Shown here in pieces: positions 1 to 8,017 of a DNA stretch of 20,000 bases. Position 1 is the stretch's first letter; each line of letters starts with the position of its first letter. A program made the position numbers and the translations under genes. The stretch lies in IMG/VR virus record IMGVR_UViG_3300043774_001557; one strand, 5' to 3'. The notes under the pieces were generated by a model. The model was given only the letters and a program-made list of their open reading frames with translations. It searched no databases and was not told the origin of the DNA. The DNA is from an uncultured virus (IMG/VR IMGVR_UViG_3300043774_001557) (lineage: Duplodnaviria > Heunggongvirae > Uroviricota > Caudoviricetes).

Positions 1-2
1 AA

Positions 3-566
3 CTCGCTGGCACCGCGGCAACCGGCCCCACCTTGGGAACACCTGCAAGCAACGTCGGCTCCGGCATTGAAGTCACGGGCAACAATACTACGGTGCAACT
101 GACTGGCGTGCACTCATACGGCAACTCGTTGGATGGATTCTATCTGGCCGCAACATCCAACGGTATCGGAAATTGTCGCTCTATGAACAACGGCGCGGCA
201 GCAACGGCAGGGCGAGCCAACGGCATTAATGTGGTCAGCGGGCGCGCCGTGATCAATGGCGGCACGTTCGGAAATACGGGCGCTGGCACTTCTCAAAAAT
301 ACGGAGTCTTCGTCGCTGATGGCAACAACTTGAGCGTGATGGGTGCGGACCTTTCCAACAACGCCACTGGAGCGTGGGGCGCAACGTCGAACCTGAGCTA
401 TGTGAGCAGCGTCGGCAATCTGCCAAATACCTTGAATGTCGGCTTGTCGCCACAAGGGACGGTGCTGGTCGGGGGTGGTGCTACTGGCGGGTTTGGCGCG
501 GGTGCGGGCACCATCAACGTTTCAGGCGGCCTGCTGAAGAACAATACGGCGTATACGAATCCGTAA
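3..566 (+). CDS. C-terminal part of a right-handed beta-helix (pectin lyase-like) tailspike/tail protein; 5'-truncated by the window
   Basis: Frame open from position 3 to TAA at 566; G/N/T-rich beta-helix-like repeats (GIEVTGNN, GNSLDGFYL, QKYGVFV); C-terminal GGATGGFGAGAGTINV resembles tail-fibre ends. Confidence 0.7.
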   Translation, partial: LAGTAATGPTLGTPASNVGSGIEVTGNNTTVQLTGVHSYGNSLDGFYLAATSNGIGNCRSMNNGAAATAGRANGINVVSGRAVINGGTFGNTGAGTSQKYGVFVADGNNLSVMGADLSNNATGAWGATSNLSYVSSVGNLPNTLNVGLSPQGTVLVGGGATGGFGAGAGTINVSGGLLKNNTAYTNP

Positions 567-664
567 CTTATTGGCGCCACAATGACCATCCATCGTCCGG
601 TACGCAGTTCGCGCTGACCGGCACTACTACGGATACTGTGGCTTTCATGTGCGCGGGGAACTGA
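567..664 (+). pseudogene. Stranded C-terminal remnant of another tail-associated gene
   Basis: Reads ...SSGTQFALTGTTTDTVAFMCAGN-stop with no start of its own, directly before a terminator; resembles C-termini I recall from Burkholderia phage structural proteins. Confidence 0.4.
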
Positions 665-685
665 CCCGCCGCCACACCCCACACA

Positions 686-711
686 GCCGCCTCCGGGCGG
701 CATTTCTTTTT
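686..711 (+). terminator. Rho-independent terminator
   Basis: GCCGCC-TCCG-GGCGGC followed by ATTTCTTTTT. Confidence 0.75.
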
Positions 712-714
712 GAG

Positions 715-735
715 CCTGCTGAGTGCGGGTTTTTT
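715..735 (+). terminator. Second, tandem Rho-independent terminator
   Basis: CCTGC-TGAGT-GCGGG followed by T6. Confidence 0.55.
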
Positions 736-761
736 AACATGGCCCTCACTAAAGGCACACG

Positions 762-1559
762 ATGATAACGAGTGTTGTCTATGTGGCAAGCGGATATTGG
801 GTGGATGGGTACGCCATCGCCATTCAGGTGCCCCCGGTTCCAGCACCGTCGACGCTACAGCAGATCATCCCATCGTATGCGTATGAGCAGTACAACGATG
901 ATCAGGACATTCAGGCTTTTATCACCGCGCTCAACACGCTTGCGCAGCAGTACGTGAACTGGTTCAATCAGATCGGCCTTCCGGTCTACACCGGGACACT
1001 TATCGTTGGCGCTTTGCTTGACTGGGTCGCCCAAGGGTTGTATGGGATCACACGACCATCTCTTCCCGGGGCGGGGCAAACCCGCACATTCGGGCCTTTG
1101 AACACGGTGAAATTCAACACACTGGTGTTCAACGGACGGAGATCCCTATCATCCTCGATTTATTACCAGACCAATGACGACATTTTCAAGCGTGTCATCA
1201 CCTGGAATTTTTATAAGGGCGATGGGCGGGTGTTCAACATCCGTTGGTTGAAGCGAAGAATCATGCGCTTCTTGCTGGGCGCAAATGGTGTCGATTACAA
1301 TGTCGATAACACCTCGCAGATTGGCGTGACGTTCGGTCTTAACAATCAAGTCAACATCAATATCCGGAGCCGGGTGTCAACGCTGAAAAGCGGAGCGCTG
1401 CTCAATACGGTGGCGTTCAACAAATCGACGTTCAATGCCTACAAGGTTCAGGTCAACAACCTTCCACCTTTGCCTAACTCCCATATTATCGCGTCAGCAA
1501 TTCAGTCCGGCGCACTTCAATTGCCGTTCCAGTTTCAGTACACCGTAAACATCACCTGA
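762..1559 (+). CDS. Phage baseplate protein (DUF2612-like wedge/tail protein)
   Basis: 265 aa; YxQYNDD..IQAF, LLDWVAQGLYGITRP and DDIFKRVITWNFYKGDG motifs; directly upstream of the tail fibre. Confidence 0.7.
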   Translation: MITSVVYVASGYWVDGYAIAIQVPPVPAPSTLQQIIPSYAYEQYNDDQDIQAFITALNTLAQQYVNWFNQIGLPVYTGTLIVGALLDWVAQGLYGITRPSLPGAGQTRTFGPLNTVKFNTLVFNGRRSLSSSIYYQTNDDIFKRVITWNFYKGDGRVFNIRWLKRRIMRFLLGANGVDYNVDNTSQIGVTFGLNNQVNINIRSRVSTLKSGALLNTVAFNKSTFNAYKVQVNNLPPLPNSHIIASAIQSGALQLPFQFQYTVNIT

Positions 1560-1581
1560 CGTAACCACCATTCGCCATTCA

Positions 1582-1603
1582 GCCGCCTCCGGGTGGCTTT
1601 TTT
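1582..1603 (+). terminator. Rho-independent terminator
   Basis: GCCGCC-TCCG-GGTGGC followed by T6. Confidence 0.8.
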
Positions 1604-1617
1604 ATTGCCTGAACGAA

Positions 1618-3030
1618 ATGACCATCTTCATTGCAACGAATAATGCGTCTACCACGCTGGCGGGCGCAATTACTGCTGGTGCAACGACGTGCGCACTAGC
1701 CCCCGGAACCGGCGCCAACTTCCCGAACCCAACAGGGGGACAGCAATTCGCACTGACGTTCATCGACGCGGCCACTGGCCTGAATACCGAAATCGTTTAT
1801 GTGACGGCGCGTTCGGGCGACACGATCACGACGATGGTTCGCGCGCAGGAAGGCACGACGGCGAAGGCATGGCTGGCCGGCGATCTGGCAAGCAACTTCT
1901 ACACCCAGGGCCAAGATGCAGCAAAAGCGCAGATCCCAGGCGTGCAGAACAACACATACACGTACGCAGCAGATACGGGCGCAGCGAACGCCTACGCTGT
2001 TGCGCTTTCTCCCGCGCCCACGCTGTCCCAAGGCGCAATCATCGGATTCACCGCGGCTCACGCCAACACGGCGGCATCAACGCTCGCAGTCAATGGCGGT
2101 ACGGCCTATCCGATCTGGGGTGCCGCACATCAACCATTGCAGGGCACTGAAATTGCGCTCAATGGCTATGTCGAGGTTGAATACAACCCCACGCTGAACA
2201 GCGGCAATCCGGTCTATCTGCTCCTTGAGTGCACCGGCGGTGCCCTCCAGGTCGCCACCGCCACGCAGAGCCAGCATGCGGTGCAATTTGGGCAGTTGAC
2301 CGGTCTCATCGGCTCGATGCGCAACGCCAAGATGTCGGTTGCCGCCGCTTCTGCGACGGCCACATTCACGGCGGATCAGATCGTTGTCGGCACTGCGCTG
2401 AACGGTCTGGAATACCTGCTCCCGAGCTATAGCCAGTCGATCAATCTGGCTGCGACCGGCGCGGGCGGGATGGACACCGGTTCTGCCCCAGTGTCGGGTT
2501 ATGTCGCGCTGTATGCTATTTACAAGCCAAGCACGAACACGACGAACATCCTCGCGACGAACTCTACCAGCGCCGTTCCCTCGACGATTTATAGCGGTGC
2601 AAACATGCCAGTGGGTTATACCGCATCGGCGCTGATTGGCATCTGGGGAACCGATGGTACTGGAAAGTTCCGTATCGGCATTCAGCGCGAGCGGCGGGTG
2701 TCTTGCCCGTTTGTTTCTGTTTTGTCGGGCGGAACTGCCACGACTTACACGAGCACATCTCTCGTGGCCGCAATACCTCAAGGTGCAAAATCATGGACCG
2801 GCAATGCCTCCGTTGCATTGACTGCCGCCGCTGCATCCAATGGCATTTTCGTTGCTGGCGACGCGAATGATACCGGATTGCAAACGGCAATCAACCCTGT
2901 TGGTTCATCGTCAAATCAATCTGGCGGCGGCCTTAGCAATGTTCCAATCATCACGGAACAGGTCATGTTTTACAAAAACACTGTCGCAAACGCGACCTCC
3001 ACCGTTACCGTATCTTCCTACGAGTTCTGA
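1618..3030 (+). CDS. Tail fibre protein
   Basis: 470 aa A/T/G-rich; N-terminal NNASTTLA...EIVYVTARSGD...RAQEGT attachment region; YAADTGAANAY and GAGGMDTGSAP motifs typical of proteobacterial phage fibres. Confidence 0.85.
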   Translation: MTIFIATNNASTTLAGAITAGATTCALAPGTGANFPNPTGGQQFALTFIDAATGLNTEIVYVTARSGDTITTMVRAQEGTTAKAWLAGDLASNFYTQGQDAAKAQIPGVQNNTYTYAADTGAANAYAVALSPAPTLSQGAIIGFTAAHANTAASTLAVNGGTAYPIWGAAHQPLQGTEIALNGYVEVEYNPTLNSGNPVYLLLECTGGALQVATATQSQHAVQFGQLTGLIGSMRNAKMSVAAASATATFTADQIVVGTALNGLEYLLPSYSQSINLAATGAGGMDTGSAPVSGYVALYAIYKPSTNTTNILATNSTSAVPSTIYSGANMPVGYTASALIGIWGTDGTGKFRIGIQRERRVSCPFVSVLSGGTATTYTSTSLVAAIPQGAKSWTGNASVALTAAAASNGIFVAGDANDTGLQTAINPVGSSSNQSGGGLSNVPIITEQVMFYKNTVANATSTVTVSSYEF

Positions 3031-3032
3031 AA

Positions 3033-3200
3033 ATGAACGCATTCATCGACAAAAACGGTGTTCTAGTTTGCCTTAGCCAAGATGCGGAGAATGGTGGGGC
3101 GACAGCAATTCCAGTTCTTGACGGGACTGTGATGGAGGCCGGAAAATGGAAGTGGGATGGGAGCAAGTGGGTCGCCTACGTCGCCCCGAAACAACCCTAA
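3033..3200 (+). CDS. Small tail-fibre-associated/assembly protein (55 aa; not in ORF track)
   Basis: ATG 2 nt after the fibre stop; MNAFIDKNGVLVC...GKWKWDGSKWVAYVAPKQP; WxWDGxxW motif; stop overlaps the convergent SGNH stop (CTAA 3197-3200). Confidence 0.7.
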   Translation: MNAFIDKNGVLVCLSQDAENGGATAIPVLDGTVMEAGKWKWDGSKWVAYVAPKQP

Positions 3201-4408
3201 ATCCCCAACATCGTTTTCAACAGGATTTGGGCGAATACCACGTACATAAAATCATTTGGATGCGCTGCGCCGCTGCCGGTGATGTCTGCATAAGTCTTCT
3301 TTTGTAGTATCTGCAGCGACGTGGTGCTGAAGTCTGCGACGAACACGTCTGACAGCGTATTGGCGATTGAGTATTCGACGGCCCGATATTCACCCAACTG
3401 GGAATTGTTGCTGACGATCCAATCTGGATTGGATGGCCACGACGCGACAAGTATGATTTCGCACGCGGGATTCGCAGCTCGCTGGGCCATGATCAGGGCC
3501 ATGATGTTGGCTCGGAATTGCTCGGTCGTGACGCCGCCTGGTGGGTCGTTCATACCCAAGCCAATCACGAGCACATTCGTATTCGGATTGGAGAAAGCCG
3601 CAAGATGCTTCGTGAAGTAGGCTGACCCCTCTCCAGGGGCCGACACATTGTTCATCGTCACTTGGCCAGGGTAGAGCTTGGCGAGGTATGCCGTTGCGAG
3701 TGCAGCATATCCAGGCTGGTTCGGCGCTTGTTTGTCGATGGCAGTTGAGTCATCGCCCTCGGTGATACTGTCACCGGCAAATAGGATGTTCACTGGCTTC
3801 CGCGCGTTCAGCTTGGCTAGCATCAGCTTTGTCACCTGACTTGCCGTCGGCGACGTGCCGACATCTGCCGAGGTGTAGGTCACCGCGATTTGCCGAGATT
3901 GGTATCCACCCGCATCAATTCGCAAGGCCTTCCCGTCTTTGCGCACCGGCTGCCAGAGAGGCGGATTTGTAGGGTCAGCCGTGATCAGCCACGACAATTT
4001 GGTTCGTGGGATAGTGGAGCCGGGGGGGATGACGATTTTCCCTGCCACCAGTCGGTAATCTAGGTTTGGTTTGTAGAGCTGCCCTGTTTGCCGATTCCTA
4101 ACCTGTTCGATAGAGATGGCCGGACGCCAGAGCGAATAGGTTGATTTACCGGTGAGAGGAAAGATCGTTTCGTCGCGGACTGTTTTTGAACTCCAGAACC
4201 ACTGATCAACGTGGAAAGCTTCGACCAGATCGCTGCTGCAGGATGGAACCGAGCACGTTCCGGTGAATGTCGGGCTCACCGGAACGGGGGTGGCAATTGC
4301 AGTGGTAGCGCTTGGCTTGGATGAGCTAGGATGGCCGCTGTCGCCGCCGCATCCGCCGCAAACCATCAAAAGCAGTCCGAGAAGAAATGCGATAACTCCG
4401 CGCGCCAT
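3197..4408 (-). CDS. SGNH/GDSL hydrolase-family lipoprotein (paralog 1)
   Basis: Signal peptide with Cys (LLMVCGGCGG); blocks GDSITEG, NVSAPG, GLGMND, GAAHPND. Confidence 0.85.
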   Translation of the reverse strand: MARGVIAFLLGLLLMVCGGCGGDSGHPSSSKPSATTAIATPVPVSPTFTGTCSVPSCSSDLVEAFHVDQWFWSSKTVRDETIFPLTGKSTYSLWRPAISIEQVRNRQTGQLYKPNLDYRLVAGKIVIPPGSTIPRTKLSWLITADPTNPPLWQPVRKDGKALRIDAGGYQSRQIAVTYTSADVGTSPTASQVTKLMLAKLNARKPVNILFAGDSITEGDDSTAIDKQAPNQPGYAALATAYLAKLYPGQVTMNNVSAPGEGSAYFTKHLAAFSNPNTNVLVIGLGMNDPPGGVTTEQFRANIMALIMAQRAANPACEIILVASWPSNPDWIVSNNSQLGEYRAVEYSIANTLSDVFVADFSTTSLQILQKKTYADITGSGAAHPNDFMYVVFAQILLKTMLGI

Positions 4409-4513
4409 GCTTCTTCGCCTTGTTTTCCTTGAAAGGGGCGATGATACCTATCTTTCAGAAAGGCTCTGCCGATGAGTTCGCAGAAGTGTGGCGCGATGGT
4501 GATGCGCCCCTAG

Positions 4514-6037
4514 TCACATGCCCAAGATTGACTTCAGCACCGTCTGCGCATAGAGCGTGTACATCCAATCATTGGGGTGATTCACCCCGTTGCCTGTGAC
4601 GTCGTAGAAGCTCTTCGTGTTGAGCATTTCCGAGTTCCAAACTGCGCTCGTCACGTCAGCCACGGACACGCCCTGCGTCGACCCGGCAAGTTGGTACATC
4701 GCCGCGTTGTAATCGACGAAGGCTTGGTTGTTGGTCAGTGTCCAGTCGGGATTGCTCGGCCAGCTCGACACCAGCAGAACTTCGGTGGCGCTATTGCACC
4801 AACGCGCTGCGGCGATGATTTGTTGCAGATTGCTCTGGAACTGGGCGCCGGTGATGCTGCCGGCCATGTCATTCATACCGACGGCTACGATCACGAGGTC
4901 GCTGGCAACATCGGCGAGGTTGGCTGATGCATTAGAAAGCACGCTACCCGACGTGTATCCGCCCACGGCATGATTTCGCACGTACACCTGTCCCGGATAG
5001 TGCTGCGACAGATAGGCTATGACAAGATCGACGTAGCCTGGTTGCGCCGGCGCCATGCTCATCGACTTCGTGGAATTCAGTCCAGCCGTGATGCTGTCCC
5101 CCTCGATGGTGATTGCGACCTTCTGGCCGGCGGCCAGCTTGGCGAGGAACTTGGCCGGGTAGGACGACACCAGCGGCGGCGCAGGCTGATACAGCGGCGT
5201 GCTGTAGGTCGCGGCGATCTGTTTCGATTGGTAGTCATTTGAGATGCGCAGCGGAGTGCCTGCCTTGGTGGTTGGCTGCCACATGGCTGGTGTCGTCGGG
5301 TCTGCGCTGTTGATCCATGCTGGATCGGTCAAAGGGATCGCTGACCCCGCCGGAATCACGAGTTGGTTGCCCTGCAGCGTGTAATCGGTGCCTGGCACGT
5401 AGATCTGGCCGGTCTGCCGATTGCGCACCGACTCGATGTTCGCGACGGGGCGCCATAGCACATAGGAAGCGCGGCCAGACGTGGGCATGATCGATTCATC
5501 CCAGACTTTCAGCGATGTCCAGAACCACTGATCGACGTGGAACTGAGCAACGAGATCGCCAGCGCATGCTGATGATGCGCACACCGTGAATCGGGTGAAA
5601 TCGTAGGTTGGCGGGTTGGTTGCGGCGGTCTTGCTGGGCGGCGCGACTGCGGTGGCGGTCGAGTCGGTTGTGTTTTCGCCTCCGCCGCAGGCCGCCAGCG
5701 CGAAAGCTACGGCTGCGAGGGCGAATCCAAGTCGATGATGGCGCCGACCTCGCGCATGCGATTCATGATGCGCTCGATCGTCTCGGCGTCCAGTTCCAGA
5801 CGGGCCATGGCGAAAAACAGCATGTACGCGCTGATCTCGCGTCGATTCCGATCGATCGGCGACCTCGACGTGTACCGGCGAAACGCTCGCCTGTCCGCCA
5901 CCCCGAACAGATCGGCTATCTGGCTGCCATCCATTCCGAGGCTTTTCTTCAGCGACTCGATTTGTTCCGCGCTCGGCGGTTCGTAATGCATGCAGGTATC
6001 CATATGCGCGAGTAAGCGCACGAAAACTGAGTTTCAT
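4514..6037 (-). CDS. SGNH/GDSL hydrolase-family lipoprotein (paralog 2) with ~100-aa N-terminal extension overlapping the HTH gene
   Basis: GDSITAG, NHAVGG, GMND, GVNHPND; lipobox LAAC at Cys117 (5689-5687); only in-frame ATG/GTG/TTG upstream of the lipobox is ATG 6037, preceded by AAAGGA. Start position less certain than the domain call. Confidence 0.8.
   Translation of the reverse strand: MKLSFRALTRAYGYLHALRTAERGTNRVAEEKPRNGWQPDSRSVRGGGQASVSPVHVEVADRSESTRDQRVHAVFRHGPSGTGRRDDRAHHESHARGRRHHRLGFALAAVAFALAACGGGENTTDSTATAVAPPSKTAATNPPTYDFTRFTVCASSACAGDLVAQFHVDQWFWTSLKVWDESIMPTSGRASYVLWRPVANIESVRNRQTGQIYVPGTDYTLQGNQLVIPAGSAIPLTDPAWINSADPTTPAMWQPTTKAGTPLRISNDYQSKQIAATYSTPLYQPAPPLVSSYPAKFLAKLAAGQKVAITIEGDSITAGLNSTKSMSMAPAQPGYVDLVIAYLSQHYPGQVYVRNHAVGGYTSGSVLSNASANLADVASDLVIVAVGMNDMAGSITGAQFQSNLQQIIAAARWCNSATEVLLVSSWPSNPDWTLTNNQAFVDYNAAMYQLAGSTQGVSVADVTSAVWNSEMLNTKSFYDVTGNGVNHPNDWMYTLYAQTVLKSILGM
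5707..5991 (-). CDS. XRE-type HTH transcriptional regulator (KorC/Aca-like architecture), nested in the SGNH ORF
   Basis: MHYEPPSAEQIESLKKSLGMDGSQIADLFGVADRRAFRRYT = HTH pattern; alternative start ATG 6003; palindromic operator in the upstream promoter. Confidence 0.8.
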   Translation of the reverse strand: MHYEPPSAEQIESLKKSLGMDGSQIADLFGVADRRAFRRYTSRSPIDRNRREISAYMLFFAMARLELDAETIERIMNRMREVGAIIDLDSPSQP

Positions 6038-6090
6038 GATCGTCCTTTCGGGATGTCGGACCGCGCGATATGCGAGGTGCCAGTGCGATC

Positions 6091-6119
6091 AATATAGGTC
6101 CGTCGGACCCATCAGTCAA
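6091..6119 (-). promoter_or_regulatory. Sigma70 promoter with palindromic operator in the spacer
   Basis: Minus strand TTGACT (6119-6114)-17 nt-TATATT (6096-6091); spacer contains GGTCC-N3-GGACC (6097-6109); partial second copy at 6050-6062. Confidence 0.8.
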
Positions 6120-6132
6120 GCAATACCAACAC

Positions 6133-6158
6133 ACCGCCTCCGGGCGGTTTTTCTTTTT
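6133..6158 (+). terminator. Rho-independent terminator
   Basis: ACCGCC-TCCG-GGCGGT followed by TTTTCTTTTT. Confidence 0.75.
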
Positions 6159-6170
6159 CCGGGGCATCTC

Positions 6171-6494
6171 ATGGATTTCACGACGGGCGCCTTTGGCGCT
6201 GTTGCGGCTGGCGTTTTTGCTGTCTTCGGATGGGTGCTCAAGCGCTCAGTCGCGCAGATGGACCAGAAGCTGAGGGATCACAGCGACGCACTGCAAGAGC
6301 AAATCGCGGCGCTGGCTGCGTACAAGCTTCACGTCGCAGAGCACTACGTCACACAGAGCGAATTGACCAAGGCCATCGAGAGCTTGGACAAGACCATGCA
6401 GCGCCTGTTGGACGCCGTTGCTGCGGGCGCTAAAGAAACGCGAGAGGGCTTTGCCGAAATCCATCGGCGCATTGATACCAAGGCCGACAAATGA
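6171..6494 (+). CDS. Holin/antiholin-like membrane protein (one TM plus coiled coil)
   Basis: MDFTTGAFGAVAAGVFAVFGWVLKR...RIDTKADK; ATGA overlap with the endolysin; start placed at ATG 6171 after the terminator. Confidence 0.65.
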   Translation: MDFTTGAFGAVAAGVFAVFGWVLKRSVAQMDQKLRDHSDALQEQIAALAAYKLHVAEHYVTQSELTKAIESLDKTMQRLLDAVAAGAKETREGFAEIHRRIDTKADK

Positions 6495-6952
6495 CCCCCC
6501 AGGACTTCATTAAAGCCATCGGGCCGGCAGCGCGCGCATCAGCAGTTAAGTCCAAGATTCCCGCCAGCTTCACCGTCGCAGAGGCCGCGCTGGAATCAGC
6601 CTGGGGCGCCTCGCAGCTCGCGCGTGATGCGTTCAACTTGTTCGGCGTGAAAGCAGACCGGGCATGGGGCGGCGCGGTTCTGACGATGCCAACGCGTGAG
6701 TACCTGGGCGGCGGCAAATGGGCGATGGTTCAGGCGCGCTGGCGCAAGTACAGCGACTGGCTCGGCTCGGTTACCGATCACGCGCAATTCCTGCTGACGA
6801 ATCCGCGCTACAGGCCCGCATTCCAGCATGCGGACGGAGAGGGCTTTACACGCGCCGTTGCCGCCGCCGGCTACGCGACCGATCCGCAGTACGCGGACAA
6901 GATCATCTCGATTATCCGCCAGCACAACCTAGCCGACTTGGACAAGGCATGA
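6491..6952 (+). CDS. Endolysin, glycoside hydrolase family 73 (FlgJ/glucosaminidase type)
   Basis: AALESAWG, NLFGVKA and GYATDPQYADK motifs. Confidence 0.92.
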   Translation: MTPQDFIKAIGPAARASAVKSKIPASFTVAEAALESAWGASQLARDAFNLFGVKADRAWGGAVLTMPTREYLGGGKWAMVQARWRKYSDWLGSVTDHAQFLLTNPRYRPAFQHADGEGFTRAVAAAGYATDPQYADKIISIIRQHNLADLDKA

Positions 6953-7470
6953 GCAACGTAGAGCAAACGCACGAACAAGCGCACTCGTTTCGTGAGGTCG
7001 TGGAATTCCCCGGCCACGAGGCTCGCACCGAGTCGAGCGAGTTCCGCAAGAACAAGCGCGTACTGGTGAAGCAACTGGACCTGCCGTGCTGGATCTGCGG
7101 ATCGCGCGACAGCCGAGAGGTTCATCACCTCCACGAATGGAGTTTGTGGCCGGCGCTGGACCCGGAAAAGGTTCTGGACACGCTGCACGTATTCGACCCG
7201 TATGGATTCACGCACAAGATGGGCGAGCAGCCCATCGAATCGCCCGACGACATCCGCAACCTTTTGGTTTTGTGCGGCCACCACGAAGTCGGCGGCGTTC
7301 CGGTGCCAGGTGGCCATCATCGCGGCGTCGATCTCGGCGTCCATGACCTGACCATGCCGACGTGGCTGGCGCTCAAGTCCGTCAAGCCTGGAATCGAAAT
7401 CACAAAGGCCATCGGCCACGCGCAGGACGAAGACCACAAGCTGCGCGGCACCAAATCAACCAAGGAGTAA
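6949..7470 (+). CDS. HNH-like zinc-binding protein
   Basis: ATGA-coupled to the endolysin; CWIC, EVHH, DDIRNLLVLC..HH, HHRG...GVH. Confidence 0.7.
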   Translation: MSNVEQTHEQAHSFREVVEFPGHEARTESSEFRKNKRVLVKQLDLPCWICGSRDSREVHHLHEWSLWPALDPEKVLDTLHVFDPYGFTHKMGEQPIESPDDIRNLLVLCGHHEVGGVPVPGGHHRGVDLGVHDLTMPTWLALKSVKPGIEITKAIGHAQDEDHKLRGTKSTKE

Positions 7471-7472
7471 GT

Positions 7473-7694
7473 ATGAACAAGGCAATCATCAGCGGCGGCC
7501 TGACCGTCAGCGCCGCCGAACTCGTTCCGGCAGTCGAATGGGCGCTCGGCGGCTTCCATGGCGCAGTGCCGACCAATCTGGCGGCTCTCATTGCAGGCGC
7601 CATCGTCATGGCGCTGCATGCTGGCTACAACGTGATCGCGGCTCGCGCTGAAGCGAAAGCGGCTTCGACCGCTCCTGCTACTCCGGCGCAATGA
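7473..7694 (+). CDS. Small membrane protein, putative holin
   Basis: AAGGAG RBS; 73 aa with two hydrophobic segments; lysis-region context. Confidence 0.6.
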   Translation: MNKAIISGGLTVSAAELVPAVEWALGGFHGAVPTNLAALIAGAIVMALHAGYNVIAARAEAKAASTAPATPAQ

Positions 7695-8008
7695 AAGCCG
7701 CCGCTCTAGCGCTGCTCCTGCCTCTGGCTGGGTGCGCTGGCCAGGCCGCGTACTCGGTGCGCCCGTTCTACGAAGAGCATCTACAGCGCATGGTGTGCTG
7801 TGAAGCGATGGCTAGCAATTCCAAGGACATCGCCTCGCTGTCGTTTGATCTGGTAACGCAGTCTGATGGTGTCGTCACAGTTCACTTTTCCGAGGCCGGA
7901 GTCGGCGCGACCGCGCCAATCAAGGCCGATACCACTGCCGTCTCTGCCGTCGCCAGCGCAGTGACCGCCACGGCAAACGCCGCCTCCAAGTTCTCCCTCA
8001 AGCCGTAA
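7691..8008 (+). CDS. Lipoprotein (lysis-associated?)
   Basis: Lipobox LAGC; ATGA overlap with the upstream gene; Ala-rich C-terminus. Confidence 0.75.
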   Translation: MKAAALALLLPLAGCAGQAAYSVRPFYEEHLQRMVCCEAMASNSKDIASLSFDLVTQSDGVVTVHFSEAGVGATAPIKADTTAVSAVASAVTATANAASKFSLKP

Positions 8009-8017
8009 AGGATTCCC

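Noticed and set aside
743..755. CCCTCACTAAAGG matches the T3 RNA polymerase promoter core
   Set aside because: The upstream AATTAA part is missing, there is a single copy and no phage RNA polymerase is in view; probably chance
1618..3030. DGR target or invertible tail-fibre tip
   Set aside because: No template repeat, reverse transcriptase, invertase or inverted duplicate tip seen in the window
5810..5820. Slippery site G TTT TTC as the cause of an HTH-SGNH fusion
   Set aside because: Not a canonical X XXY YYZ heptamer and no clear stimulator; frameshifting remains only an untested option
6036..6170. N-terminal extension of ORF 6036-6494
   Set aside because: Crosses the divergent promoter and a terminator; ATG 6171 is the better start
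6718..6948. N-terminal extension of ORF 6718-7470
   Set aside because: Lies within the endolysin with no motifs, and a coupled ATG exists at 6949
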